Virus record (IMG/VR): IMGVR_UViG_3300031269_000004
DNA length: 64,000 nucleotides
Direction: 5' to 3' (one strand)
Source: an uncultured virus (IMG/VR IMGVR_UViG_3300031269_000004)
Taxonomy: Duplodnaviria > Heunggongvirae > Uroviricota > Caudoviricetes
Positions 20,597 to 31,201 of this stretch are shown piece by piece. The position numbers were made by a program, and so were the translations under genes. Under the pieces are notes generated by a model. The model saw only the letters and a program-made list of their open reading frames with translations. It did no database searches and was not told where the DNA came from. Positions within the stretch are counted from its first letter, which is position 1, and every line of letters starts with the position of its first letter.

Positions 20597-23269
20597 ATGG
20601 CTGAAGTTACTGGCATAGACTCGACAGACCCAGAAGGCGTTGGTGATGGCTCACTAGAACCGCTAAAAGGTGTATCTGGTCTATATGCAATACTAGAAAA
20701 AAGTTTAGCAATTCAAAGCACAATTTTAGATGTTTTGCGACCAATTTCAGAAAGGTTTAAAACCTCTGACGTTGGCGATGACTCTACCAGTGCTAATGTT
20801 GATGCATTACAGGCAAATACAATGGCCCTAGATAAACTGTCGTCTACTATTAATACTGCAACACTAGATGTTTCACTTAATGGTACACAGTCTAAATTTT
20901 TCTATCAATTGCTTAAAGCAGTTGGCAACAAGAAGAAGCTTGTCGGTATAGAAAAGTTTGGTGATATCTTTGAGGCAATGGTTGAAAAACTAAACGCTGT
21001 TAGTAAATACGCAGACAACATAGAAACACTTGCAAGTTCATTACTAGGACTATTTGGCACATTTAAAGAATTTGGTAAGGGTATGCTAATGTTTGCTGGT
21101 GGTCTAGCGCTGCTAGGTTTTACATTAGTAACCTTTATGGAAGCAATAACACTAGGTGACATTTTAACATTTGGTGCAATTATGCTTGTTATCGCTGGAG
21201 CATCAAGACTAATAGATGGTAGTGGTTGGGACTTTACTAAAGTTGCAATTGGTATTGCAACGCTTGGGCTTGCAGTATGGGGCTTTACAGAAATCATAGA
21301 TGCTAAAATGGCTGTTGATTTTTTAGTTTCAATTACTGCAGTTGGTGCTGGTATAGCAATACTTAACGCATTCGCTAAAGGTACTGGTAAAAACGCACTA
21401 AGTATAGCAAAAGCAGCAGGTTCTATAATTTTAATTGCTGGCTCAGTTTGGGTTCTTAACAAAGCTGTTTCTGACTTTGATGATGTAGACCTAGTAAAAA
21501 CAGGTGAAATGATACTTGTCACAGCAGGTCTTGCGACAGTGTGGACCCTTATGGGTAAATTTGCAATAAGCATAGCTAAAGGCGCCTTGGCTTCTGCTGC
21601 AATCGGTGGTAGTCTTTATATTTTAGCTAAAGGTATAGATGACATGAGTCAAATTGACTTAACACTAGGCCGAGGTTTAGAATTGGCTGCAATTATTGTT
21701 GCTGCTGCTGGAATTATTACACTTATTGGTAACCCAATTACTATTGGATTTACGCTTGCTGGTGCAGCCGGTGCTGCTGCAATTGGTGCAGCACTATTTG
21801 TATTAGCAGAAGGCATAAAAGCAATAGGCACTGTTAATGTTACTTCTGAACAAGCCAGTCAGTTTGGTATGAGTCTTGGCTATACTGTTGATGCAATGCT
21901 GCAACTAGGTAACCCATTTACACTTGCTGGATTGGCGCTTGCGCTGCCTGCCGGCTTGGCACTTTCTGCTGGTGTTCTGGCAACATCGGCTGCAATGTAC
22001 GCTGTATCGAAACTACCTATTATTAACCAATCAAGCTGGGAAAATCTAGAACTTGGTGTAACTAAAATGTCTTCAATTTATAGTTCCTTTGGGCTTATTG
22101 AAATGGCTAGAATGACAGCTGGTGCTGCAGTTATGACAGTTATATCATTAGCATCTGTTGCTACTGCAGCTGGTATTTGGGCTTTTAGTAAACTATCAGC
22201 TGACCCAGCCTCAGTACAAAATGCAACGTCATCATTAGATATTTTTATTAGTGGTGTTGCTACAACATTCGAGAAAAATAAAAACAAACTAGGTGCAATA
22301 CGGGATAACGTTGATGCGTTTTTTGGTCTTGGTCAAATGGTTGGTGAAATTGCAGATAGTGTACAAAAAATTAGTAACCTAGAGTTCCTTGAAAAATCAG
22401 TAGTTAACGGTAAAGTTGTAACAACAGGCGTCAGAAAATTTACACCAGATGACTTTGCTAAAGTTGGCGCAAGCATTGGTACTATTATTAACTCACTAAC
22501 GGAACCACTTGCCATGATTGGTTCGAAAAAAGACTCTTTTAGTATTGGTGGTATAGCAATAACAAATCCATTTAGTAATAAAGTAGAAAAAGGAATTGAA
22601 GCATTGCAAGGTATTGGTTCTGTATTTTCACCTCTTGCAGACCTTATTAATGTTTGGAGTAAAAATGGTGTAGACAAACAATTTGTAAACGCATTTAGCA
22701 CAAATATTGCTACCTTACTTGGTGGTCTTGGTAAGGCAATGTCAGGTGAAAACTTAGACCTTAATAAAGAACAGGCAGAAGTTTTAAGACATAGTACAAT
22801 GTCAGTAAAGTCACTACTGGCTGATGTTACCAACGAAAAGTTTGAAGCTGGCTCTAAGTCATTCAATAGGTTTTCAAAGGATGTTGTAACAGTAAAAGAT
22901 TCACTAAACGCAATAGACTTGTCTAAAATGTCTAAGTTTAACGATGTATTGTATAATCTTAACGAAATGGGCAAAAATTCAGCAATTGATGAACTAGTAG
23001 CTGTCTTTTCTGAATTTATAGAAAGACTTGCTGATCTCGAATCATTACGTGCCAGCGGAGGCCAAAATTCACAAATGACTCAACCTGTTCAAGTAGTTAA
23101 CAATAACACTGCAACAGAAACTAAAATAGAAACAATAAAGGCTGCTTTCCCTAATATGGAAGAAAGTTTACAGTTTGCAAACGAAGATGTTGTTAACGCA
23201 ATTAATCAAATGTACGAATTCTTAGTAAGTGGTAACCTTAAAATACAAAGAGATAGTTTTAACGTATAA
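20597..23269 (+). CDS. Tape measure protein
   Basis: 890 aa, helical, with a long Ala/Gly-rich hydrophobic centre; follows tube and hub genes. Confidence 0.75.
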   Translation: MAEVTGIDSTDPEGVGDGSLEPLKGVSGLYAILEKSLAIQSTILDVLRPISERFKTSDVGDDSTSANVDALQANTMALDKLSSTINTATLDVSLNGTQSKFFYQLLKAVGNKKKLVGIEKFGDIFEAMVEKLNAVSKYADNIETLASSLLGLFGTFKEFGKGMLMFAGGLALLGFTLVTFMEAITLGDILTFGAIMLVIAGASRLIDGSGWDFTKVAIGIATLGLAVWGFTEIIDAKMAVDFLVSITAVGAGIAILNAFAKGTGKNALSIAKAAGSIILIAGSVWVLNKAVSDFDDVDLVKTGEMILVTAGLATVWTLMGKFAISIAKGALASAAIGGSLYILAKGIDDMSQIDLTLGRGLELAAIIVAAAGIITLIGNPITIGFTLAGAAGAAAIGAALFVLAEGIKAIGTVNVTSEQASQFGMSLGYTVDAMLQLGNPFTLAGLALALPAGLALSAGVLATSAAMYAVSKLPIINQSSWENLELGVTKMSSIYSSFGLIEMARMTAGAAVMTVISLASVATAAGIWAFSKLSADPASVQNATSSLDIFISGVATTFEKNKNKLGAIRDNVDAFFGLGQMVGEIADSVQKISNLEFLEKSVVNGKVVTTGVRKFTPDDFAKVGASIGTIINSLTEPLAMIGSKKDSFSIGGIAITNPFSNKVEKGIEALQGIGSVFSPLADLINVWSKNGVDKQFVNAFSTNIATLLGGLGKAMSGENLDLNKEQAEVLRHSTMSVKSLLADVTNEKFEAGSKSFNRFSKDVVTVKDSLNAIDLSKMSKFNDVLYNLNEMGKNSAIDELVAVFSEFIERLADLESLRASGGQNSQMTQPVQVVNNNTATETKIETIKAAFPNMEESLQFANEDVVNAINQMYEFLVSGNLKIQRDSFNV

Positions 23270-23303
23270 CTTATTAAGTATACATATCTAAAGAAAATTT
23301 AAC

Positions 23304-24038
23304 ATGAAAAAGCATGAATTTTTTGCTGGTTTAAAAATAAAGTCAAACGAACCGATAGACGACAGACTGTATGTTGATGCAATTACAGTTGATGCATTAA
23401 AATCTATTTTTGGTGATTATGGTCAATATGGCTTTGCTAATGCTGTATTGTTTAATCGAGCAGATAATAAATTTTGGTATCAGTCAGCTTGGGCAACAGC
23501 AGTTGACTCTGTTACAGTAGCGAAATGGTCTGCTGTCGGTCTTAATGCTATTTCCTTTCCTGCTTGGTTAGATTCTGAAACATATGGTGTTGGCTCTTGC
23601 ATAACATTTACTGACTCCGGCAACAACACAGGATTTTTTATTGGTCTTTCGTCTATTGCTGCAAACGAGTCACCAGAATCAGATGCAAATTTATGGCTTA
23701 ACGTTAGTGCAAGTCAATCAGTTACTGCTACCGTACTATTCGAACAAATAGACCATAGACTTGACCCCGATACTGCATCAACACATACAATTAGTCATGA
23801 AGTTTCAGAGGTCGTAACCGATAACGGATCTAGAATACCAAACATAAACATATGGGGTGACTTTGGCGAAAGAGTTTCCGGTAACATAGTATGGCACAAA
23901 GTAGAACCAGCCTTTAGGGTTTATACTGAAGCTGGTACATTAAATTGTGAAGTTGCATTTACTGGTGACTTGTCTGGTTTACACTATGATGCAGCACAAA
24001 CTACAGAAAAAAATATTTTAATAACATTTAGTCTTTAA
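23304..24038 (+). CDS. Putative virion appendage protein
   Basis: N-terminal PIDDR motif shared with 25083 (PLDSR); W-rich segment like a carbohydrate-binding module; late-type motif upstream. Confidence 0.5.
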   Translation: MKKHEFFAGLKIKSNEPIDDRLYVDAITVDALKSIFGDYGQYGFANAVLFNRADNKFWYQSAWATAVDSVTVAKWSAVGLNAISFPAWLDSETYGVGSCITFTDSGNNTGFFIGLSSIAANESPESDANLWLNVSASQSVTATVLFEQIDHRLDPDTASTHTISHEVSEVVTDNGSRIPNINIWGDFGERVSGNIVWHKVEPAFRVYTEAGTLNCEVAFTGDLSGLHYDAAQTTEKNILITFSL

Positions 24039-24040
24039 GT

Positions 24041-25081
24041 ATGAAGCCACATCAATTTTTTAAGCCGATAGACCTTAACGGTAACTATTTGTCGAACGCG
24101 AAGGTCCTAATAGCTAATCCAGCAAATCTAGTAGACGAATCAGTCGTAAATAAAGGGTGGTCACTAGCATTGCTTAATTACACGTCTGACAAACTGTCAG
24201 ATAGCAACGCTACAGTTCATAGTATTTTTGGTGTTGAAAAGTCAACACTAGCAACAAAAACAGTTAATGAGATACTAGACGAATTGCTTTTTGTTGCAAT
24301 TGCACACGATTACATACTACCAACACTTTCAGTTCAAACAACAATTATTGACACACTAACGTCAGCAGTTATTCAAGACGTCGACAGGATAGAAATTGGT
24401 CGAAGTGTAAAAATAGGTAACGATGCAACCATAGAATTTAATGACAGTGCTGGACCAATAGACGCTGCTCCATTTACGTCTACTATCACAGGTGGTGGCT
24501 TCACAACTACGACTTCACCAGCCACTTCTGATTTTGAAACATCTGCCTTTATAATACGAAAATCTATGTCATCTATTTTTACAGTAGACTATAAGGCTTC
24601 AACTCCAGCAACAGACAACCAAGGCAACGATGACGAGGTCGGATCAACGGCAAACCCAATTTTTGCTGCGGCTCAATTATCACTACAATATGATTTTACA
24701 TCTGTTTGGCCTAAATTTGTATCTGTTTTTACTGGAACAGTTGCAACACCAGCAGCAGCTCAGCTAATGTCAACAATGGCTTCAGCAACAGTACATAAAG
24801 TAAAACTGATAGAACAAAATGAAACGGTTATACAAACAGACGCATTGCTAACAAACACATTTAAAACTATAATAATAGCAATACCACAAATCGCTAACAA
24901 GGCATGGCAGCTTGATGTTAAGCAAGGTGATGAAACAATATCTGGATTGTTTGAAATAGCAGAAGTTGACAACGTACCAGATGCATTTGGTTCAGGTCTA
25001 GTACAAAACTACACAGCCTTTGTTGTTACTTTACCAATAGCAATAGAAACTGACACAAAACTAACAATTAATCTAAGATAA
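24041..25081 (+). CDS. Putative virion structural protein
   Basis: 346 aa, T/S/A-rich; in an operon with the flanking structural ORFs. Confidence 0.5.
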   Translation: MKPHQFFKPIDLNGNYLSNAKVLIANPANLVDESVVNKGWSLALLNYTSDKLSDSNATVHSIFGVEKSTLATKTVNEILDELLFVAIAHDYILPTLSVQTTIIDTLTSAVIQDVDRIEIGRSVKIGNDATIEFNDSAGPIDAAPFTSTITGGGFTTTTSPATSDFETSAFIIRKSMSSIFTVDYKASTPATDNQGNDDEVGSTANPIFAAAQLSLQYDFTSVWPKFVSVFTGTVATPAAAQLMSTMASATVHKVKLIEQNETVIQTDALLTNTFKTIIIAIPQIANKAWQLDVKQGDETISGLFEIAEVDNVPDAFGSGLVQNYTAFVVTLPIAIETDTKLTINLR

Positions 25082-25082
25082 T

Positions 25083-25574
25083 ATGGCCGGACTAACACAA
25101 ACTAAATGGCAAAAAACGATAATAAAATCGTTTAACGTAATGAACAACAATCCTCTTGATTCTAGGACAACAATTACGCAGCTTTCTGACATTGACGCAG
25201 AGCTACCTATTGCACAAAGATATATTGGTTTACAAATTCACGTTAAAGACGTTGATCGTATGTATCATTTTTTAGGTGGCGTTAATAACTCTGATCTGAA
25301 AAAGGTTGCAATGATAACAACAGTTGAACCGGGTGATACTATTACTTATGACGAAAGTAACCCAAATGACTGGTCTTGGGCACATAACCTGTCAGCTGAA
25401 CTGTTACAAATTACTGCAATAATTGGTGGTCAAACAGTACCAATACTTGTTAAGTTTTCATCAGACGAAGATACAAACGTTAGGTTTAACAACGTTATAA
25501 TAAATTTCGACCAATATTTCACTGCTTCTGGTGAAACATCTATTTCTAACATGACACTATTAGTCACTTATTAG
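25083..25574 (+). CDS. Putative virion appendage protein
   Basis: PLDSRT...RYIGLQIHV N-terminal module and HNL motif of the type seen in phage fibre proteins. Confidence 0.5.
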   Translation: MAGLTQTKWQKTIIKSFNVMNNNPLDSRTTITQLSDIDAELPIAQRYIGLQIHVKDVDRMYHFLGGVNNSDLKKVAMITTVEPGDTITYDESNPNDWSWAHNLSAELLQITAIIGGQTVPILVKFSSDEDTNVRFNNVIINFDQYFTASGETSISNMTLLVTY

Positions 25575-25594
25575 TCAAAATAAATACAAAAATT

Positions 25595-25996
25595 ATGGAA
25601 AATACAGTTACAGTAAAGCAACCAAAATTGCTGTTTATGCTTATTATTGGCATGCTTGGTGCAATATTGGCATTCATGCTTTGGCCAGACTTAAAAGGTG
25701 ACCAAAACGATCGTTTCTTAATAGAACTGCAAACAAAAATTGAAATGCAAACACGGTTGCTAGAGCAGGCACAAGCTGCAAATAGTGCCCGGATTAAAGA
25801 GTCTATTATGTTTCAGGATTCAGTAATAAAATTAATTAGTAAAAGTCAAATAAAAATTGAAACAAGTATTAAAAATGAAAATTATGAAAAAGTCAAACTT
25901 AGCAATGCTAATAACGATAGTAACTTGTACTATTTTAATGCTTACATCGAGCAGTATATGGGCACAGTCAACACCGAAGCTGGACTCAACAAGTAA
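25595..25996 (+). CDS. Membrane-anchored coiled-coil protein (i-spanin-like)
   Basis: N-terminal TM helix followed by a coiled coil; overlaps the next ORF. Confidence 0.45.
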   Translation: MENTVTVKQPKLLFMLIIGMLGAILAFMLWPDLKGDQNDRFLIELQTKIEMQTRLLEQAQAANSARIKESIMFQDSVIKLISKSQIKIETSIKNENYEKVKLSNANNDSNLYYFNAYIEQYMGTVNTEAGLNK

Positions 25997-26387
25997 GCAA
26001 GTAAAGGTTGACTCTGCTGCTGTGAACACAAAAAGTTTTAAATTTACAGGCATAGTCGTTGATTCATTCGTGACAATTAAAATGTCTAAGGTTAGAGCAG
26101 CAAACCAAATATTTGCTGAACATAGTGCCTTGTTGTATAGAGAGTTGCAATACAAAGAAATCAATACTAACCTCGATGCAAGGGTTGCTGACCTGTCAAA
26201 AAATATAACAGCATATCAGTTATTGGCAGAAAGGCAAGGCAGTGTTTTAGATACTCAGATAGGTATGATTTCGTATCAGCAAGAAAAATACGACACAGAC
26301 ATGAAATCTATGAGACTAAAGCTAACTAAAACATGGGTTGGTGGTATAGTTGTCGTGCTAGGTATACTTGCTGCTGCTATATTATAA
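25884..26387 (+). CDS. Secreted coiled-coil protein with C-terminal TM (spanin-like)
   Basis: MKKSNLAMLIT...SIWAQ signal peptide, coiled coil, C-terminal WVGGIVVVLGILAAAIL. Confidence 0.45.
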   Translation: MKKSNLAMLITIVTCTILMLTSSSIWAQSTPKLDSTSKQVKVDSAAVNTKSFKFTGIVVDSFVTIKMSKVRAANQIFAEHSALLYRELQYKEINTNLDARVADLSKNITAYQLLAERQGSVLDTQIGMISYQQEKYDTDMKSMRLKLTKTWVGGIVVVLGILAAAIL

Positions 26388-26438
26388 ACGTCATATTTGC
26401 ATAGCCATATATATCTTAATTAATAATTATCTACGTAC

Positions 26439-26816
26439 ATGAAGTCATTGCAACATTATTCAACAGCAGCATTATTAGCAAGTAAACCAAAGGCTGCAGA
26501 TTTAGAAATGTCTATGAAGTTAGGCGAAAAATACGCCAAAAAGCTATGCATAATGATCAACAAGACATTTAACGTCTTGGACTTTACTTGTAGTGATAAT
26601 GGCATAGTTAAGGAATTTAGTGGCATTATGCCAAACGGAGACCTTCGCATTACTATAGCGTTTGACCCCCTTTTGTATACTAATAGACTAGAAATTAACT
26701 ATTGCGGTCATGCAGAAAATGTCACATATGCTAATTATGGCGAATTTACTAATACGTTGCTAGAATTGCAGTCAAAAATTATTAAGCAAAATGAAGCAGC
26801 AAATAAGCTTTCATAG
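26439..26816 (+). CDS. Hypothetical protein
   Basis: 125-aa ORF. Confidence 0.6.
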   Translation: MKSLQHYSTAALLASKPKAADLEMSMKLGEKYAKKLCIMINKTFNVLDFTCSDNGIVKEFSGIMPNGDLRITIAFDPLLYTNRLEINYCGHAENVTYANYGEFTNTLLELQSKIIKQNEAANKLS

Positions 26817-27159
26817 TAAGGTACACAAATCAACTGATGTAAATATTGACAATAGACTTAAGCAAGTCTGTTTAAAATTCTATACACAATACAGTAAAGA
26901 CACAGTGATTGACATCATGTACAACGACAGTGTAACAATTGCATGGCCTTGCTTTGAGTGTAAAAAAGAAGTCAACGTCAACATAGAATCTCTACTTCGA
27001 CTTGGCCACTTTAGTAGTAGTCAATTATTTTGTACATTACACAAACCTAGTTCTCAGCGGTCTTTACATAGTCATTTATTTATTAGGTACGAAGATGGGT
27101 TCATTAAGCATTTAAAAAGTAACATTTTAGACAAAACTATTAGCCAATACAATAACTAA
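26791..27159 (+). CDS. Hypothetical zinc-binding protein
   Basis: CFEC ... CTLH. Confidence 0.5.
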   Translation: MKQQISFHSKVHKSTDVNIDNRLKQVCLKFYTQYSKDTVIDIMYNDSVTIAWPCFECKKEVNVNIESLLRLGHFSSSQLFCTLHKPSSQRSLHSHLFIRYEDGFIKHLKSNILDKTISQYNN

Positions 27160-27167
27160 CACAATTT

Positions 27168-27785
27168 ATGAAAGCATTTTTAGGATTAGACATTTCAATG
27201 AACTCGACTGGTTGCGTGTTTCACATACATGGACAAGACGGTCAAGCAGACATAACAAAATTTATGAGAATTTGTCCTAGTGTAGAAAAAAACTCAGAAT
27301 CAGCAGAACTAGTAACCTATAACAGAACTTGGGCAAAAGGCAATTATAGCACAATGGACCTAGCAACAGTAGTTGATGCAAAACGATTAGCTGCAAGAAT
27401 TAGTGGTCTAATCAAAAGATTTACTTCACAATATGGCATAACAGAACTGTCTGTTAGAACTGAAGGTCACATTATGGGTGGTCGATTCCAAAAACAGTCA
27501 AGAATGACACAGATGGTTAGTTTTAATACAATAATGAAACTAATGCTATTGTCTAATGATACTGTAACTGACATTGCAACTATTGCCCCAACTGCTCTTA
27601 AAAAATATGCTACAGGTAAAGGTCGTTGCAAAAAAGAAGAAATAGTTAAGCACTTTATGCTTAAGTTTCCAGACTTTGACAGGACTGGTAAAATTGATGA
27701 CATTGCAGATGCCTACTTCTTAGCTACTGCACAACTAACTAAAGAAAAAGGTTGGTGTAAGTCAACAAACGAATATAACTTTTAA
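27168..27785 (+). CDS. RuvC-like Holliday junction resolvase
   Basis: LGLDISMNSTG, EG, IAPTALKKYATGKG and DDIADAY catalytic pattern. Confidence 0.88.
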   Translation: MKAFLGLDISMNSTGCVFHIHGQDGQADITKFMRICPSVEKNSESAELVTYNRTWAKGNYSTMDLATVVDAKRLAARISGLIKRFTSQYGITELSVRTEGHIMGGRFQKQSRMTQMVSFNTIMKLMLLSNDTVTDIATIAPTALKKYATGKGRCKKEEIVKHFMLKFPDFDRTGKIDDIADAYFLATAQLTKEKGWCKSTNEYNF

Positions 27786-27795
27786 TTTAAAACAA

Positions 27796-27969
27796 ATGAT
27801 ACCACTAACGGCAATATTTATACTTTACTTAGTCATTAATATACGAATACTAGTATGGCTTATATTTGAGTATAAATGGACACCAACCGTTAAGACTGTT
27901 ACGGTTTGCTTAATGTTTGGTTTGATTGCATTAACTGCAGCATGGTGTAGTAAATGGTTTGAACGTTGA
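27796..27969 (+). CDS. Small two-TM membrane protein (57 aa, absent from ORF track)
   Basis: MIPLTAIFILYLVINIRILVWLIF...VCLMFGLIALTAAWCSKWFER*. Confidence 0.5.
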   Translation: MIPLTAIFILYLVINIRILVWLIFEYKWTPTVKTVTVCLMFGLIALTAAWCSKWFER

Positions 27970-28076
27970 CGAAAAGTTTGCAGCATAAATTTATTCTTTA
28001 GTGTTTAATTTATATCAATAAGATAATGTAATTAACAGAATCTAAATTAATCTAAATTAATCTAAAAAGAATTATT

Positions 28077-29105
28077 ATGAGTGAACAGGCAAATGACAAG
28101 TTATTAGAAGACATGTTCGGTGTTTTCAACAAAGAGGCTAAAGATATTAATCTTGGCACACAAGAAGAGGGTAGTAGTGACTTCTTTAATCCAGACAGCA
28201 AAAATTCACCAAACCAAACATTTTATGGTATGGTAAAATTTTTACCTAACTTGGAAGGCGAACGTCAATTAATTACTAAAATTAGATATTGGGTACCAGA
28301 AGGTGATCAAGGTTTTATGTTTGATAGTCCTAAGTCACTAGGTAAGTATGAAGACTGTCCTGTTGCAAATACTTTTTGGGCACTTAAAGGTTCCAAAAAC
28401 GTAATGGAACAAGAAAAGGCTAAAAAGATTGTATGGAAGCCTTCAGCCTATGCACTAGTCCAGATTATTATGGATAAGACTACGCCAGCAAATGTTGGTA
28501 AGGTTATGCTTTGGAAAATTCCACAGGCAATTGAAAAGAAAATTAACGCTAAAATGTTCCCAACTAAAGAAGATGTTGAAATGGGCAAAGAAGCAAATAA
28601 CATTTTCGATCCAATTAACGGTGCTCCTATGGCTCTCAAAATTCCAATTGAGAAAAAAGGTGAAGCTGAATATAGAAATTACGATGAATGTAATTTCGTT
28701 GATCGTGTATTACCTATGATCATTGAAGGCGAAAGCAAACCGGCAACGCTTCCTACTGACGCTACTGAATTAAGAGCAGTGCAAATGAAAATGCTTGAAA
28801 CAATCAAAGCTGGCCCAAGTCTTAATGGTCTTGCGTATGAACCTGCAACTGCAGAAACTTTAACAAGAGTACAAAATGCCTTAGCTGCATTAACAGGTAC
28901 CGCAGTTGAAGCAAAGGCTGAAGCAAAGCCGGAAGCAAAGGCTGAAGCAAAGCCGGAAGCAAAGCCGGAAGCTACTGAACCGGAAGCAAAGGCTGAAGCT
29001 ACTGAACCGGAAGCAAAGGCTGAAGCTACTGAACCGGAAGCAGAACAAACAGCAGACACATCAAAGTCTGATGCTGCCTTAATGAAAGAACTTGGCTTAG
29101 ACTAA
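28077..29105 (+). CDS. Single-stranded DNA-binding protein (T4 gp32-like)
   Basis: VKFLP, CPVA, N.GKV.LW, IFDPINGA, YRNYD; acidic low-complexity tail. Confidence 0.85.
   Translation: MSEQANDKLLEDMFGVFNKEAKDINLGTQEEGSSDFFNPDSKNSPNQTFYGMVKFLPNLEGERQLITKIRYWVPEGDQGFMFDSPKSLGKYEDCPVANTFWALKGSKNVMEQEKAKKIVWKPSAYALVQIIMDKTTPANVGKVMLWKIPQAIEKKINAKMFPTKEDVEMGKEANNIFDPINGAPMALKIPIEKKGEAEYRNYDECNFVDRVLPMIIEGESKPATLPTDATELRAVQMKMLETIKAGPSLNGLAYEPATAETLTRVQNALAALTGTAVEAKAEAKPEAKAEAKPEAKPEATEPEAKAEATEPEAKAEATEPEAEQTADTSKSDAALMKELGLD
28908..29043 (+). repeat. Coding tandem repeats (EAKA/EAKP/EATEP) in the SSB C-terminal linker
   Basis: Reiterated GAAGCAAAGGCT, GAAGCAAAGCCG and GAAGCTACTGAACCG units. Confidence 0.85.
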
Positions 29106-29123
29106 GTCTACTCTTAAGTTTTT

Positions 29124-29160
29124 AAAAGGGCATGTCTTAATTGGCATGCTCTTTTATTTT
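29124..29160 (+). terminator. Rho-independent terminator
   Basis: AAAAGGGCATGTC...GGCATGCTCTTTT. Confidence 0.7.
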
Positions 29161-29189
29161 TGTAAACTCGCAGTATAACACAAACATAT

Positions 29190-30701
29190 ATGAAGCTAAA
29201 ATTTATACAACAAAATAGAATACTTGAAATAGTAGAGTGTACTGAAATTGAATTAAAGCAATTAAGACAACTAGCTACAGCGAAATGGTCTAGTTGGGTA
29301 ATGCAAAAAGGTCAAGGTCGAAAGCTAAAAAAGTTTGAAAAAAGCTATATGCACCAGGACAAATACTTACCTGGTGGATTTTGGCATAAAGTACTAGCCT
29401 TAAAGAAAATGGGTCATAGTGTTACTATTACAAACACTGCAGACTTTGTTAGAAAAATAGACTTCGATACATTTGTTGACTGGGCAAATAGCCTAGACAC
29501 AAAACATACACCAAGATGGTACCAAACAAAAGGTGCATTCCTAGCCCTTAAATACCCTATTAGCAGAGGTCAATTTGCAACATCAGCTGGTAAAACGTTC
29601 ATTATGTACATGATATCTAGATACCTAATAGAGCATGTTTTAGCACCAGATAAAAAAATATTAATAGTTGTGCCTGCAGTAATGTTGGTCAACCAAACTC
29701 ACGCAGACTTCTTAGATCACCCCTTTTCAGCAGCACAAATTTTAACAGATAAAATATACTCAGGTAGCAAAAGAAACAAAGATGCACAAGTTGTAATTGG
29801 CAACATAGACTCTTTGGTTAACTATGACAGCGATTTCTTTTTAGACTTTGGTGCGGTTATGTTTGATGAAGGTCACAAAGTAAAGTCTGATAGCTATCAA
29901 GTTATTGCTGCTAGACTAAATCCTTGCAAGCTAAGCCTAATTTATAGTGCAAGTGGTACGTTTTATGCGCCAGAACAGGCAGAAGACTTTCCTGCTATGT
30001 CGATTAGTGGTCCAATTCTTATAGATGTTCCATATGCACTACTGGCGAAAGAAGGTGCAATTAGCCCTGTTAAGATAACGCAAGTTAAGTTAACACACAG
30101 CGCTGAAGTATCAGAACAGTACTATAATCATGAAGATTGTCAAGACAGCAACAAAAGATATCATTTTGACCAAAAGTTCACTAGAAGCCAAGTCCCAAGA
30201 TTCAAGTATATTTTTAAAGTTATTGCTTCATTAGAGTATAATCAACTACTCCTGTTTAAGACTCGTAAGTATTGCGATGTATTCTTTAGATATCTAAAAG
30301 CAAACTGTCTAGACCGACAGGTTATGCAAATTAACGGAGATGTTAGCAGCAATGAAAGAGAGAAGATAAAGCAGGTCACAGAATTAAATGACAACGTTAT
30401 TATTTGTGCTACATACGGCACAATGTCAACTGGTGTTAGTATCAATAACTTGTCTACTATACACTACATGGAAAGCTCTAAATCTTTTATTATGGTTAGA
30501 CAGTCAATCGGTAGAGGTCTTAGACTGCATAAAAATAAAAGCTTTGCGTTGCTAATGGACTATTTTGATCACTATCCAAAATCTAATCGTGAATGGGGTG
30601 GACCAAAAGGCAAAAACATTAGTGTTAAGCATGCAAGTGCTAGAGTTAAAATATACAAACAACAAAAAATGGAGTACACAGCAAAGCAGGTGCTGCTGTA
30701 A
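29190..30701 (+). CDS. uvsW: UvsW-like SF2 DNA helicase
   Basis: PRWYQ, ATSAGKT, DEGH, SGT, STGVSI, QSIGRGLR. Confidence 0.92.
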   Translation: MKLKFIQQNRILEIVECTEIELKQLRQLATAKWSSWVMQKGQGRKLKKFEKSYMHQDKYLPGGFWHKVLALKKMGHSVTITNTADFVRKIDFDTFVDWANSLDTKHTPRWYQTKGAFLALKYPISRGQFATSAGKTFIMYMISRYLIEHVLAPDKKILIVVPAVMLVNQTHADFLDHPFSAAQILTDKIYSGSKRNKDAQVVIGNIDSLVNYDSDFFLDFGAVMFDEGHKVKSDSYQVIAARLNPCKLSLIYSASGTFYAPEQAEDFPAMSISGPILIDVPYALLAKEGAISPVKITQVKLTHSAEVSEQYYNHEDCQDSNKRYHFDQKFTRSQVPRFKYIFKVIASLEYNQLLLFKTRKYCDVFFRYLKANCLDRQVMQINGDVSSNEREKIKQVTELNDNVIICATYGTMSTGVSINNLSTIHYMESSKSFIMVRQSIGRGLRLHKNKSFALLMDYFDHYPKSNREWGGPKGKNISVKHASARVKIYKQQKMEYTAKQVLL

Positions 30702-30742
30702 CTAACTGCACTATTGTTTAATTCTAATAACAAAATAACTCT

Positions 30743-31201
30743 ATGAGCGCACCAAAAGAAGCATTACGTTTTTACGAATCCGAAAGACACAACGTAACGC
30801 TGTCACATAATGACTTTTCGCATGAAGAAACATTCCAAGACATGGACCATAGTGAAGAATTAGTTACGTACCTCCTGTCTAAAAATTGGGATTCGTATTT
30901 CACTACACAAAAAAGCGGAAATGTCATTTGTGACACTGCAATAGTCAATAAAATATTTGAAGATTGTCTATCTAAATTCACAAAAACGCTTGACACTGTG
31001 CAATTGTTTCACATTATTACTGATTTTTATAATATTAGCGGCAAGCAATACTTTGACAAGCTAGTGCAGGCATACAGGAAAAAACTTGTAGTTGATCTTG
31101 AGGCTAGAATGGGCAAAATGAAAACAGAGGAGCCACAAAAAATAGGTAAAGACAGAGTACAAATGGCTTTTAACTTAATTTTTACTAAAGACACATTATG
31201 A
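30743..31201 (+). CDS. Hypothetical protein
   Basis: 152-aa ORF after TGTTTAATT. Confidence 0.6.
   Translation: MSAPKEALRFYESERHNVTLSHNDFSHEETFQDMDHSEELVTYLLSKNWDSYFTTQKSGNVICDTAIVNKIFEDCLSKFTKTLDTVQLFHIITDFYNISGKQYFDKLVQAYRKKLVVDLEARMGKMKTEEPQKIGKDRVQMAFNLIFTKDTL

Noticed and set aside
20905..22974. Long minus-strand ORFs (also 48427-48921, 49756-50316 and others)
   Set aside because: They are antisense shadows of well-supported + strand genes, with no motifs or start signals.
26439..26816. Member of the MKSL leader family (also 59973, MKSQEEL)
   Set aside because: Begins MKSL or MKS but lacks the [IL]-[TN]-E motif at the expected position.
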